A stretch of DNA of 64,000 nucleotides from Macrostomum hystrix. Taxonomy: Eukaryota; Animalia; Platyhelminthes. Positions 22,779-36,046 of this stretch are shown here, in pieces. How positions within the stretch are numbered: the stretch's first letter is position 1; every line of letters starts with the position of its first letter. The DNA is taken from assembly GCA_950097015.1 (NCBI GenBank), contig CATNEN010000002.1, positions 2,170,001 through 2,234,000 on the forward strand, given 5' to 3'. The notes beneath the pieces were generated by a model that was not told the origin of the DNA, ran no database searches, and was given only the letters and a program-made list of their open reading frames with translations. A program made the translations under genes and the position numbers.

Positions 22779-23737
22779 TCGCCATCACGCACCGACTTTT
22801 TAATAAGACGTTTTTCTCTGCGCCCATTTTGTTTAACCGAGTGATTTATAAAATTTTTCGATGATAAAAAGCGCATCTAGGGCCTGGGGCCGCATCTGGG
22901 GCTTTATAGGGCCTATCTGTCGGCCTAAAAGTACATGTTGATTAAGCAACAGTGGCTGTTACTAACTACGCAATTAATATTACAGCGTAGTTAGTATACG
23001 TAGTAGTTAGTATCTTAGTAGTTAGTATTAGTAAAGCGGAAAATTCCTGTCTTAATTAACCAACCAGAGAATTAAGCCAGCCAGAGAATAAAAAAGCTAG
23101 CTTGAAATTCTGAACAAAAAAACTGTTTCAAAGACAAATAATCAAACACCTATTTTGAATTATTTTAATGCATTCGATATCATTTCACAAAATGAAGCGA
23201 TTCAACTTAAAGCGCCTACTGAAAAAGTTTCAATTAAAACTCTATTTTTATTCTTGCATACTTTACGTGCCCAGTTATAGCACTGCCTTTTCATTTGCAT
23301 AATGCACGTTGAATTAAAACACATTTTTATGTAAATATCATGTAATTTAATCTTATGTGAAGTGTGAAACGTAAGAACGTTTTAAAGTTACTGTTATTTA
23401 AGCTACGAAAAAGGAACTATTATTTAAACTGGAATATTTATTGCATGATATAAATGAAATATACTACAGTATTCAGCCCTCCGCTTCGATTTATTTTCAC
23501 TACAATATATTTTTACGAGGTAAATCTCCTAGCTAAGGTACCCTGCCCCTGTATCTGTACATTCAATTCTGAGGAAGAAATGATTTATTGTAGAGAATGA
23601 ATGTTACTTTTATAAAACTATTAACCTATTAGATTAAACAAAATTAAAGCGCTTATAGAAATCTGTTTAGGACTTTTTCTTTTTTATTTATAGCTTGACA
23701 ACAGCGAAGTATATCAATAATTTATTTGCTACGTAAA

Positions 23738-24083
23738 CACCCGACGGCAGAGGTCTAGACGGGGAAAAATATCTCTTGTCTAGCCTGGAAAAAGCTCGTC
23801 TTCAAAGCAGCAAGGCTAGAAATTAAGAGATTTTAAAATGATTAATAAAAACTGAAATAAAAACTGATAAAAACTGCATAGTTATAACATTTTGTTATTA
23901 TTAATGCTAGCTAGTTTATATATATAAGTGCCAGCTGTCCAGTCCTCTTAGCTACCCAGCCCTCTAAGTATTTGATCTATATCTAATAATATCAACATGG
24001 GAAAACTTAACAGACGAGCTTTTTCCAGGCTAGACGAGAGATATTTTAAGCTTTTTCCCCGTCTAGACCTCTGCCGTCGGGTG
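23738..24083. mobile_element. MITE with long TIRs and 7-bp target-site duplication
   Basis: TIR CACCCGACGGCAGAGGTCTAGACGGGGAAAAA..TATCTCTYGTCTAGCCTGGAAAAAGCTCGTC (63/71 bp, one 8-nt indel, one substitution); ACGTAAA duplicated at 23731-23737 and 24084-24090; AT-rich non-coding interior. Confidence 0.9.
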
Positions 24084-24664
24084 ACGTAAAATAATATGAT
24101 TTGCGGATTTATTTAAAAGAAAAAAATTAATTAATTGCCGATTTACAACCGTTTAAAACTTTCGCTGCCGTCTAACTAACTAATTAGACACGTATTTTTT
24201 TATTTACCAAGAATTTTGTCAAAAAATTATCATTAGACATTAAACTAATTTTAACAAAGAAAATAAATTCAAAGGAAGCACGATATTGAAATCAGTTTAA
24301 TATTCTGCAGGGATCTGAAATATTAACAATATCCAATTGACGCATGTGCAAAACAAAATCTTCTAAACCTTAAATAAAAACAAAAATACTAATTATTCAC
24401 TTTATACCTGATGCTACTGACCAACACAGTTACTAAGATAGCTTGTGTTTGAGCAATTGTAATTTTCATTATTTTGTGCTGACCAGCAGCTTCTAATATA
24501 TTGAGTGAAAGTACATAAAATATCCGAAAAAGTAGGTCGCGGTTTAAAAATAATTTCTCTTTTTGCACTTTATAAGTTTCAAAGCAACCACTTCACCTGT
24601 TTTCGGATTTTTTTGCGTTTAGCTTTAATCCACTCTTCCCGTTTATTATTTCATCGCCATTTAA

Positions 24665-27600
24665 TCAGGCCGAAGTTTGGCCCATCTGTTGGCTGCGGCT
24701 GACCGACAGGTTTAGCTTGCGTTGCGTCAGTTCAGATTTCATTGTTCTCAGCTCGGATTCGGCTTGCGTTCTCAACTGGTTAATTGTGACAGGGTTTTCA
24801 GGTTAAAAGTATTTGAAAAGGTCTTTGTGAGGCCCTCCGATTGGCTGGTGTGTTATGAGATCCATTGATTGTTGTCTTTGTGAGTCCCTCTCGCTAACAT
24901 TAGATGATTGCTTAACACCTTGCACTCACCTTGACCTCAGCAGTGAGCTTCATCTTGGAGTCATCCACTCTGCGCTGTAGCTCTTCGATTTCGTGCTGCA
25001 TCCTCGTGGCCTGAATACGTAGGGTCAACTGAAAACCAACGAAAGTTCGGATGTGATGAAACTAAAAAAAGTTCAGAGCTTAAAAATACAACCTCACACG
25101 ATCAGAACCAAAAAAACACAACCTAAAACGCTAATGGCGGTCGGTGGCAGAGCGGTTATCGCGTTTGCCTCTCGCACCAGGGTCCCTAAGTTCGATTCCA
25201 CGGCGAGGCCACATTGATTTGGATTGCAGCCGCGGAGAGAAGGCCTGAGGGCTTGTCGTGCAATTTACGCCCTTGTGACCCAACCTCCAAGGCACAGTTA
25301 AGTATACACTGCCTGACGATGAGAAAGTCTGGGCAGATGTACACACCTGTGTGAGCGTATGCCTGCGTACGAAATGGGCAGAATTGCCTCCTCGCTAGTC
25401 TAGTGTCACTAAATGATGTGCCACTTCCCGCAGCCCTCCTGCAATTGTGACATTATTATTATTAACCTAAAACGCTCAGAACCATAAAAACACAACCTGC
25501 TGAGTAGCGTCGGGCGCGTCTATATTCCGACCCTCCTTGACTCGCGAAGTCATGGTGCCCACCATGCGCTTGTGGTAGGACTCCAGCTCCTCGCGAAGCC
25601 GGTTGGCTTGCTCCTCTAGCGGGGTGGTCTGCTTCTTCTCTTCGAAGTATCGCTTCTTCCACATATCGCGAGCTTGGGGCGGGAAGTTCATGTGTCTGGT
25701 AGGTTCATGTCTCTGGTAAGTTTCTGTGTCTGGTAGGTTTCTGTGTATGGTAGTTTCCGTGTCTGGAAGTTTCCTGTGTCTGCTAGGTGGTAAGTTCAGT
25801 GCCTGGTAGGTTCGGTGTCTGGTAGTTTCATGTGTCTTGTAGTTGGTAGGTTCGGTGTCTGGTAGTTTCGTGTGTCTGGTAGTTGGTAGGTTCAGTGTCT
25901 GGTAGTTTCGTGTGTCTTGTAGTTGGTAGGTTCGGTGTCTGGTAGTTACGTGTGTCTGGTAGTTGGTAGGTTCAGTGTCTGGTAGTTTCGTGTGTCTGGT
26001 AGTTGGTAGGTTCAGTGCCTGGTAGTTTCGTGTGTCTGGTAGCTGGTAGGTTCAGTGCCTGGTAGTTTCGTGTGTCTGGTAGTTGGTAGGTTCAGTGTCT
26101 GGTAGTTTCGTATGTCTGGTAGGTCACATAGGGAGACTGATCCTCACCCTGATTTCGCATATTCTGCATCCGCGACTGCAGCTGCTTCGCTCGCCGCATC
26201 AGGTCCTCACGCCTGCGCTCAATTTCCAGGCGTTCGTCCCGAATTCGCTGCAGCAACTGAAGCAGCTCTTCCCCTTTAAAATACCATTGTATGAGACATT
26301 GTTGTAGAAAAGTTTGTAACTTTTACTACTTTCGACGGGGTGGTTTTTAAAGCAAACGTTTCTAAGGAAAAGCCTTAAGTATCTCCCTGCCTCGTATTAC
26401 CTGTCTCATCTCTTCCCTGTCTCGTCTCTTATTTGTCTCATCTCTCCCGTGTCTCTTCTCTCCCCTGTCTCATCTCTCACTTGTCTCACTTGTCTCATCT
26501 CTCCCGTGTCTCTTCTCTCCCCTGTCTCATCTCTTCCATGTCTCATCTCTCCCGTGTCTCTTCTCTCCCCTGTCTCATCTCTCACTTGTCTCACTTGTCT
26601 CATCTCTCCCGTGTCTCTTCTCTCCCCTGTCTCATCTCTTCCATGTCCCATCTCTCCCGTGTCTCTTCTCTCCCCTGTCTCATCTCTTCCATGTCTCATC
26701 TCTCCCGTGTCTCTTCTCTCCCCTGTCTCATCTCTCACTTGTCTCACTTGTCTCATCTCTCCCGTGTCTCTTCTCTCCCCTGTCTCATCTCTTCCATGTC
26801 TCATCTCTCCCGTGTCTCTTCTCTCCCATGTCTCATCTCTTCCGTGTCTCTTCTCTCCCCTGTCTCATCTCTCACTTGTCTCACTTGTCTCATCTCTCCC
26901 GTGTCTCTTCTCTCCCCTGTCTCATCTCTTCCATGTCTCATCTCTCCCGTGTCTCTTCTCTCCCATGTCTCATCTCTCCCGTGTCTCTTCTCTCCCCTGT
27001 CTCATCTCTTCCATGTCTCATCTCTCCCGTGTCTCTTCTCTCACTTGTCTCATCTCTCCCGTGTCTCTTCTCTCCCCTGTCTCATCTCTTCCATGTCTCT
27101 TCTCTCCCCTGTCTCATCTCTTCCATGTCTCATCTCTCCCCTGTCTCATCTCTCACTTGTCTCACTTGTCTCATCTCTCCCGTGTCTCTCTCTCCCCTGT
27201 CTCATCTCTCCCATGTCTCATCTCTCCCGTGTCTCTTCTCTCCCCTGTCTCATCTCTCACTTGTCTCACTTGTCTCATCTCTCCCGTGTCTCTTCTCTCC
27301 CCTGTCTCATCTCTTCCATGTCCCATCTCTCCCGTGTCTCTTCTCTCCCCTGTCTCATCTCTTCCATGTCTCATCTCTCCCGTGTCTCTTCTCTCCCCTG
27401 TCTCATCTCTCACTTGTCTCACTTGTCTCATCTCTCCCGTGTCTCTTCTCTCCCCTGTCTCATCTCTTCCATGTCTCATCTCTCCCGTGTCTCTTCTCTC
27501 CCATGTCTCATCTCTTCCGTGTCTCTTCTCTCCCCTGTCTCATCTCTCACTTGTCTCACTTGTCTCATCTCTCCCGTGTCTCTTCTCTCCCCTGTCTCAT

Positions 27601-30600
27601 CTCTTCCATGTCTCATCTCTCCCGTGTCTCTTCTCTCCCATGTCTCATCTCTCCCGTGTCTCTTCTCTCCCCTGTCTCATCTCTTCCATGTCTCATCTCT
27701 CCCGTGTCTCTTCTCTCACTCGTCTCATCTCTCCCGTGTCTCTTCTCTCCCCTGTCTCATCTCTTCCATGTCTCTTCTCTCCCCTGTCTCATCTCTTCCA
27801 TGTCTCATCTCTCCCGTGTCTCTTCTCTCCCCTGTCTCATCTCTCACTTGTCTCACTTGTCTCATCTCTCCCGTGTCTCTCTCTCCCCTGTCTCATCTCT
27901 CCCATGTCTCATCTCTCCCGTGTCTCTTCTCTCCCATGTCTCATCTCTTCCATGTCTCATCTATCCACTATCTCATCTCTCCCCTGTCTCCTCTCTTCCC
28001 CGTCTTATCTCTCCCCTGTCTCATCTCTTCCCCGTCTCATCTCTCCCCTGCCTCCTCTCTCCCCTGCCTCCTCTCTACCCTGCCTCCTCTCTTCCCTAGC
28101 TGTCTCATCTATCCACTATCTCCTCTCTCCCCTGTCTCATCTGTTCCGCGTCTCATCTTTCAGATGTCAATTTGGCCCTCTGTCCTATTTTCGATTCTCT
28201 CTACGCATATTATACGCGCTAATGTTACGGACCCCCGGTCTAACGGTTTATGCCCTGGGAAACAGCACGTATGTACACAAGAGTCAAGGCGCTCACTTTC
28301 TCGTCGCAGCTTCTCCTGTGGATCTTCGTTGTCCTGATCGTGCACCATTGTGGCCTCCTCGATTAGTAGATTCGGGATCAGCTGAACGGGATCAGGAATT
28401 TATCGGAAGACTCAAATGTAAATAATTTTGCGCGCAAAAGTACAGATAAAAAACTAACTAATCTATGAGCGTTAAAGTACATTATAAATAAAAGTACATG
28501 CCTTGAAGTACTCAGCTAAAAGTGCATGTTAAACGAATAGTACACGGCTAAATACTTTTGAACATGGAAACTCCAAAAATATCGTCAGAAAAAGATTTTT
28601 GCCATGTTTTTAACTTTGGTAGATAGCTCGTACATTGTGAGGCACAATGCAATAAAAGTACGCCAAGCTTGATTGACAAGCAGCAAACAAACTCACGCTG
28701 TCATTCGCATCGTCAGCCTCTCGACGTCGTCTAGCTTCTTCTTCGGCCAGTCTGTGCGAGTGTGAAGTGGATTTTTCTAGCGATCCAGTAGTAAAGGAAG
28801 AAAATTGTCCTCATTATCCTACTTCCCAGTAGCACATGAAGAGACTTTTGTTTAAGAACAGGTTGTTAATTACATTCGTCTTTTTAGTTGGTCAACTTAA
28901 TAAGTTAGAAAACTAGCTTTCAGATTTTTATATTGAGCGGAGAAAGTCAACAATTTAGGCAGGAGCTGAGACCGCCCACACAGGCCAGAGATTGAGATGA
29001 GCGGGGCAGGTCATAGTCCTTTGTGTGAGTGAGTGTGCGTGTACAATTTAAACAATCACTGCCATTCCGCGCCATGATAGAGGCTTGCTTGGGCACTTGT
29101 GGGACATTAGCAGTGAGTTTTTAAGAAAGAGAAATAAATATAATATGCAGAAAGAAATGAGACCAAGTGCAGATAGACATGCAGAGGCGTACAAATTGTG
29201 TCGCCATGACAATTTGGGTTGTCAAGTGGCGCTGTTTGCAGTTGAGCTGTTCTTGACGATTTTCTTCTTTTAATAGCTTCGAAATTTAGCTACAGAAAGA
29301 AAATATGCATCAATATCAATATTTGGTTATTCGAATCAATAATAATAGTTGATTACTATTTACAGACGGCTGCGTACAGCTGACTGGGGACTGGGGAAAG
29401 TCATACCCACATTTAATAATTTACCCAGCTAATGATGGCACCAATTTAACAGATGGGTGAACTTAATAAATGCAAGGGTAAATTGTCTTGCTAAATGAAA
29501 AATATTGTTTTGGTGAAAGTCAGGAATCGAACCTCCGACCTTCAAGCCGTAAGTCCGACGCTCTAACCACTAGGCTACGACGAATAGAAATAAATTTATC
29601 CAAGGTAGACAAACCTTCGTCGCCTCTCCTCCTCCTCTCGCCGTAACCTCTCTTCCTCCTCTCGTCGTCGCCTCTCCTCCTCCTCTCGCCGTCGCCTCTC
29701 GGCCTCCTCTTCAGCTCTCCTAAAAGAAGTCGGATTTATGGGTAATTAAAATCCGTAAGCATCGAATGTAACCGCAGAGCAAAATAATCAACTGTGTTAT
29801 CAAGCAGCTATAGGAGGTTAAAGATTAAAGATGTACACACAGGTGTGTACATCGTTAGACCGCTCTGCCACTCAATTATTCTGGTCCCTTTGTCAGGAAA
29901 AATAGTTCCATAAGGCGAAAATGTATTGTGTTATTCGGTGTTAGTGCGAAATAAGAAAAAGCGTGATTATTTAAGTATCAGAATAAAAAATTCCGGAAAA
30001 TATTTTGATCAATTCGAATCGGTTGCCTTCGCTCCAGTTCGGCCAATCGTCGAGCCTCTTCCGCTAGGCGCCTCAGCCGCTCTCTGCGAAATTTCGACGC
30101 GCATTTTCAAATTCGAATAGATTGAGCAAATCATAACAAAACTTCGCGCATTTTCAAATTCGAATAGATTGTGCAAATCATAACAAAACTTTTTTTTTCG
30201 AACACAAAAAGCAGGACAACAGGAACAAGTCTAGATGAAATAGAGCGGTCATAGTCTCACCACCAGTTGCTTATTTTGGTGTCGGGCCTAGCCACAAGCC
30301 GTCCCTGACCAGCAGGGCGATAGGAACTGTCTGTTAACAAGCCACTACGTCGCCGTATGTTAGCTGGGTCATTGTGACGAATGAGTCGAGTCGGATCGGA
30401 GTGAGATCCTGATCCTCTTAGCAACTGTCTGTGTTTGTTTTGTTTTATATTTCTTGTTCAGCAAGCTTAGATGAGTGAGTGAGGCTAGTTTACTTTGATT
30501 ACTTAGTTTGTTAATTATAAGTTAATTTTTCTGTCCATTTTCCAAATAAAAAGTGCTTTTTAACAGTCTTTGTTTGACACTCACCTCTCAGATTCTTCAT

Positions 30601-33600
30601 CTTCCAAGTCTAAGCCGGAGTCGTGTAGACCTTGGCCTTTAAGCAATTGAATTGGGAAAATTATTATTTCAGGGAAATTAACATTCTCTGTTAGTGAGTG
30701 CAGGCTGGGAGATGAGGTAAATATGAAGGGAATAGATGAAGGGAGAGATCCAGAGAGAGATCAAGATAGAGATGAAGGGAAAGATGAAGGGACAGATTAA
30801 TGGAAAGATGAAGGGGGAGATCAAGAGAGAGATCAAGATAGAGATGAAGGGAGAGATGAAGGGAGAGATCAAGAGAGAAATGAAGAGAGAGATCAAGAGA
30901 AAGATCAAGAGAGAGATCAAGAGAGAGATCAAGAGAGAGATCATGACAGAGATCAAGATAGAGATGAAGGGAGAGATGAAGGGAGAGATCAAGAGAGAAA
31001 TGAAGAGAGAGATGAAGAGAGAGATCAAGAGAGAGATCAAGATAGAGATGAAGGGAAAGATGAAGGGAGAGATTAATGGAGAGATTAAGGAAAAGAAGAA
31101 GAGAGATGAAGGGAGAGATTAATGGAGAGATGAAGGGAAAGAAGAAGATAGATTAAGGGAGAGATTAAGGGAGAAAGGAAATGAGAGATGAAGGTAAAGA
31201 TGAAGGGAAAGATGAAGACAGATGAACGGAGAGAGGAAGGGAGAGTTGAATCGAAAGAGGAAGGGAGAGAGTAGGGGAGAGATGAAGGTAGAGATGAAGG
31301 GAGGGAGGGATGAATGAAGAGGATGTTAGATAGATAAGCAGTAAAGTTATCTCAGGTAAGCAGCAGCGGTGAAACTCACTGCCAGCCGTGCCGGGCCTGG
31401 AACTGAGGCCCGGGTAGCTCTGCATCGGGTAGGGACCGATGTACACACCTGTGCCGCCCTTCTGTGTCACCTGTGGCGCTTTGCCGTGGTACACGGCTGG
31501 AAAATTGCATTAGAATAGTTCAATAGTGAGTACAATTAAATACAATTAAATTGATGTATTTATAAAGCCGATAAAATATCATTTTCTGTTCTGTAATTGC
31601 ACGTACAAAAGTTAATAAGCAGTACTAAAATGACAAATAGTTTAAAAGCTTAAAGTACATAATAGACTTGTTCCATTAAATTAACAACAAAACTAGCTAA
31701 ATAGTTAGCTAAATTGTGCTTAATAATCAATTCTCACTTGTCTGATTCAATCGCTTATGAAAGCTGGATCGATTGGCTGAAATTAAATCACATTTGCATC
31801 GGCGTGAGTACAAAAATTATATGCACCATCGAGAGATACAGTGAAAGTAGATGGGTCAGACAGTAAGAGTAGTGGGACTCTGAGAGTCGATGGGTGAGAC
31901 ACTGAGAGTGGGTGGGTGAGACTCTGAGAGTAGATGGGTGAGACTCTGATAGTGGGTGGGTGAGACTCTGAGAGTCGATGGGTGAGACACTGAGAGTGGG
32001 TGGGTGAGACTCTGAGAGTAGATGGGTGAGACTCTGATAGTGGGTGGGTGAGACTCTGAGAGTCAATGGGTGAGACACTGAGAGTGGGTGGGTGAGACTC
32101 TGAGAGTAGATGGGTGAGACACTGAGAGTGGGTGGGTGAGACTCTAAAAGTCGATGGGTGAGACTCTGAGAGTGGATGGGTGAGACAGAGAGAGTAGATG
32201 GGTGAGACACTGAGAGTGGATGGGTGAGACAGAGAGAGTAGATGGGTGAGACACTGAGAGTGTATGGGTGAGACAGTGAGATTATCAAATAACCTTACTC
32301 ACAATGAGGCATATCGGCTGTGTTGCTAGTGCGGTTGGAGGCCATTGAGCCGTTTGAGCTGGCCTGAGAACGTCGCGCTATGTCATAGTCCAGCACGAAG
32401 ATCTCCGGGCAGTAGGCCTTCAAAAGTGCGATTTTAATTGATTATAATATTTATGATAAGAACAGTTTGAGCTGGCTACTCACGTGGGGTGGTAAAAAGT
32501 GCTTCACTTTCATTTCCTGCTCTTGGTGACTTCGGACCTGAAAAATCAAGAGCAGGATAAGTGTTCTCAACTGTCGGATCTTAGACTGTACTTTAGCAAC
32601 AGCGATTGTCACTTTCACAGCCGAGTGTCACTACCACAGTTAAGTGTCACTCAAGGACCACTAGGAGTAGAAGGACGGGAAACTATACGTTTCTTAGAAA
32701 AAACGTAAGGAGGCTGGTTTTCGCGAAAAAATATACCTTACGAAGATTATCATAAAAATTAACGACTTCACAAGGGCTTATTAAGAATTAATAGCTATAA
32801 AATATCAAAAGAACAGCTTTGCGTCTACTTTCAATCGAAAGAAAATTTTCTTTCTTCGTAGTGTCTTTTTTTCGCAAAATCTAGCCTTTATTTTTTTCTA
32901 AGAAACATAGTTTCCCGTCCTTCTACACCTAGTGGTCCGTGCCACTACCACAATGCGTGCGTCGCTGCCTCAGTCGACTGTTAGTATATACCATAGACCA
33001 TAGTCCTAATGCAGCAGGTGAAAATTAAAAAAAACTTCCTCACCTGGGTGAGACACCGGCCGACGCTTTTGCAGAAGACGAAACTTCTGGGCACCACTTC
33101 GAAGCCGAGTTGCTTCTCGATTTCATGTCGCAACTGCTGCAGCTGAGTTTCCGGCGGTACTCTGAAGTTATTATAATAGTAACAAGAAACTTAGGGATCG
33201 CTCAAGCCCAGTTGTTCAGCACTGTACTTTTAACTGAGAGGTTTGAGGTTCGAATCTTTGCGAAAAATAATACTATCTGCACAACTCAATTCAGTCATCA
33301 GAAAAAAATCGAAGCACGATGGCCCTGAATTCATGTATTAATAATACGTGTAAACAATACCTACCTGACAAACCCGGCAGATACAGTCTCGCCAATTACT
33401 TGGTTAAACGCGCTGCGCAGCCGGTCATGCCACAGAAATGGCGGTACAACGTAGATGTGCAAATCCACCAACTGGAAAGGTTTTCTCAAAACATTCGAAA
33501 TGTTTCTTACATTTTTTTGAAAATTAATTATTTATTCCTAATCCTTCAAAACTACTAAATGAATCGTACACTAATATTGTAAATATTGTAAATTAAAATA

Positions 33601-34020
33601 TTTAATGGACCATGAAAAAATTCTGCATGAAATATGTGAAAGTATTTTCCTAAATACTTTCAGTAAAAAATATTCTTCTTAAAGATCTCAAAAAAGTATG
33701 GGCTGCTTTGTATGCACAAGTCAACTTCAATGCAGTTATAAACGATATTTAAAAAATACGAAAAATGTAAAACCTTTTTTCAGTACGCGAATAGCAAGTC
33801 CTAATGTTGTGTAACAAAAATATTTAAACAGTAAAAACTGGATTTCTTTTTCTTAAAAGAAACGTTTAATCTTATTAAAACGTTTCATTGATAATTCTAG
33901 AATCTTTTCTGACAATAACTTTATGCTAATTTAATCAAAAAACATATTTTGAAACTAAGAACAACATAAACTACTCACTTGTTCAGATGGCGGTCGGTAT
34001 GTTGGCCTGTCATAACTCAT
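24665..34020 (-). CDS. SPATA1: Spermatogenesis-associated protein 1 homolog, 15 exons, 472 aa
   Basis: In-frame exons: 34020-33979, 33471-33365, 33161-33044, 32537-32484, 32417-32303, 31496-31380, 30636-30585, 30083-30027 (GC donor), 29719-29615, 28751-28697, 28381-28297, 26273-26148, 25672-25497, 25028-24930, 24775-24665 (1419 nt). N-terminal LVDLHIYVVP..SAGFVRV..SFVFCKSVG..KHFLPPH..PEIFVL and C-terminal WKKRYFEEKK..DSKMKLTAEVK..ELRTMKSEL match SPATA1 as recalled. Confidence 0.85.
25133..25420 (+). mobile_element. tRNA-derived SINE family A, best-preserved copy (SPATA1 intron, antisense)
   Basis: Pol III A box TGGCAGAGCGG (25145-25155) and B box AGTTCGATTCC (25189-25199) followed by a non-tRNA body found in several other copies in the window. 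Confidence 0.75.
25690..26120. repeat. ~40-nt minisatellite (GGTAGGTTCAGTGTCTGGTAGTTTCGTGTGTCTGGTAGTT)n
   Basis: Tandem units in a SPATA1 intron. Confidence 0.9.
26400..28150. repeat. TC-rich compound minisatellite (TGTCTCATCTCTCCC family) with ~675-bp higher-order duplication
   Basis: Marker CCATGTCCCA at 26641 and 27316; explains the long SHLS/PCLI ORFs. Confidence 0.95.
29368..29578 (-). mobile_element. tRNA-derived SINE family B with CORE-like body
   Basis: Minus strand A box TAGCCTAGTGG and B box GGTTCGATTCC (29523-29533), then AGCAAGACAATTTACCC..GTTCACCCATCTGTTAAATTGG resembling the CORE/MIR domain; second copy at 62026-62230. Confidence 0.7.
30720..31320. repeat. Purine-rich repeat (GAGAGATCAA/GATGAAGG units)
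   Basis: Degenerate ~12-nt units in a SPATA1 intron; explains the EIKR/ISL ORFs. Confidence 0.88.
31850..32280. repeat. 22-nt minisatellite (GGGTGAGACTCTGAGAGTAGAT)n
   Basis: ~19 units in a SPATA1 intron. Confidence 0.92.
32655..32938. mobile_element. MITE with GGACCACTAGG termini (relatives at 34523-34598 and ~3474-3545)
   Basis: GGACCACTAGGAGTAGAAGGACGGGAAACTAT..TTTCTTAGAAAAAA / TTTTTTCTAAGAAACATAGTTTCCCGTCCTTCTACACCTAGTGGTCC inverted ends; no clear TSD. Confidence 0.8.
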
Positions 34021-36046
34021 ATTTATACTTATTTATTAAATAAACTTTGCTTAATCTGAGAGACGATTGTGGACATTCAGTCGCGTTAATTTTAAAATGA
34101 TTAATAATTAATCTATCGCTTCTCTAATATAGAAACTATGTACCTGACTTAATTGACATATTTAAAGACTGAAAAAAGTTTCGAAAACATTTATTCGACT
34201 GAAAGTAAAAATAACAAGCAACATTATCAGGTAAGTTTTGTTTTAATACTTAACTAGTTTTACGGAGTTTGATTTTCAAAGTTTTAACTAAGGACCAACT
34301 CATCTAGAAGAGGAATAACGGGACACCTCGTTTCTTGGAAATTTTATCAAAAAAATGATTTTCACAAAGAAATCACCGGTTTTCCATAAACATTGACCGC
34401 ATTTCTTTATACACGCGTCACTATCGACTAATATATTTGCACATGTACAGTTGTACAATCACACGCGGAACATCAGTTCCTAGAAAGACTTCCTAGAAAG
34501 CCAGACAACCATCTTTTGTAACAGGACCAATAGGAGTAGACACTAGTGTCATAGTAGTGTCTACTCCTAAATTAATAGTCTCGACTCCTAGTGGTCCTTG
34601 CTTTTGTAATTTGCATACTGTAGGTAGTTTTTTTAATTCTTCAAATATAAAACTGAAACTTTAATATTTTAGCGTTTCTTTCTAAAGCTTAGTTCATGAA
34701 TAGATTTAACATGGCTTAAATAAAAATAATGAAATTAAATAATGAAACAAACCTAAATTTATGTAATTTTGTTCAGGGTCATCTGACCAAATTTTTCGAA
34801 GTAACGTGATAAATAAAAATTAAATAAATAAAAATTTATATTAGAGTGCATAATAATAGATTTCATGCTGTATTGGTTCAGAAGTTGGTGTGCTTTTAAA
34901 ATTAAGAAAGTCTAATTTTAAAAAGACTAAAAAGACTTCTTCCTAAAAAGACTAATAGCAAAACTTAGGCGATGCGATCGTTCTTAATTTACGATAATTT
35001 GTATATAAAACTCAAGAGCAAATTTTAACCATCATTCATATATTTTATTATTATTTTTGTTAGTAATAAGTGGTCTGCCAGACAAGTGAGTACTATAGAG
35101 CAGGGAAAATATAGATGTAACTGACAATTGTGAACAAGCGCTGACATGTTGTTACTGAACTAAGCGAATTGTAACTTTATAGATTTGCTAAGTTTAAAAA
35201 TGATTCACAGCATTTAGTATTTTTACGCCTAAAATAAAACAAGCACCGATAGCACACAATAACGAATGCGAAATTTTCTCGGACTGCATGCCCGTGTCCG
35301 CTATTATCGGTCCACAATGCCCCTATACGCTCCGAAATTCTGAGTGTAATATGCTCATAAATTACTGGCAGTTTACTGCCTACATTCTCTAATATTTAGT
35401 AGACATGTGGGGACATAAAAATAAGAACAAGGAACGAAGAGGTTCTGTTATTAGTGGCCAAATGACGAAGGAAAACAAATAAAACTGGACTAAACTGCTC
35501 CCTTTAGAACAGGAAAGCCAAATAAGTTAAAACCAAAGAGAATAATTTCTTAAATAAGGAACGTTTTCAGGAACCGGCGCATGTCTTTGTATATATATAT
35601 CTATAAAGGGTTTGTTTCGCAATCTATACTACTGAAATCTTCTTGCGTTAGTAGCATTGTGAGCGTGTAAAAATAGCATATTCGGATGAGATTTAAAATA
35701 AGAATGAAATTAGATAACTGTAAATTTCATTTTCAAAGTTTAGCCGACGATCACTGAATATTTGAAAATAAATTAAGGTGTTAAAATAGTTTCACATTAA
35801 ATATACTTCACCAGCAGTAGTACATTATGCGCAAATAGTTGAACACACACAGAAGCTATAATTCAGAATTAATTTAAAAGTGGTTAGCAACAAAAACTCT
35901 ACAAGCAATGCGAGCCGTCAGTCAAGAAGCAGTTTCTGTTGCAGCAAAACCTCGATAAGCAATTTTAAAGGTCTCCAATTTACAATTGACAACGAGAATT
36001 TTCTGGCCAGCTAAATTTAATTAATAAAATGGACAGCATCGATTCA

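Noticed and set aside
25133-25212. Possible tRNA genes here and at 29520-29578
   Set aside because: A/B boxes are present but joined to non-tRNA bodies that recur in decayed copies, so these are SINE heads; tRNAscan-SE would settle it
26406-28425. 400-660 aa SHLS/PCLI ORFs
   Set aside because: Translations of the TC-rich satellite inside a SPATA1 intron
30098-30191. 47-bp tandem duplication near a SPATA1 acceptor
   Set aside because: Simple local duplication; the splice site is intact
31438-31460. GATGTACACACCTGTG resembling SINE family A
   Set aside because: Lies within an in-frame SPATA1 exon (GGTGVYIG); short match is probably coincidental
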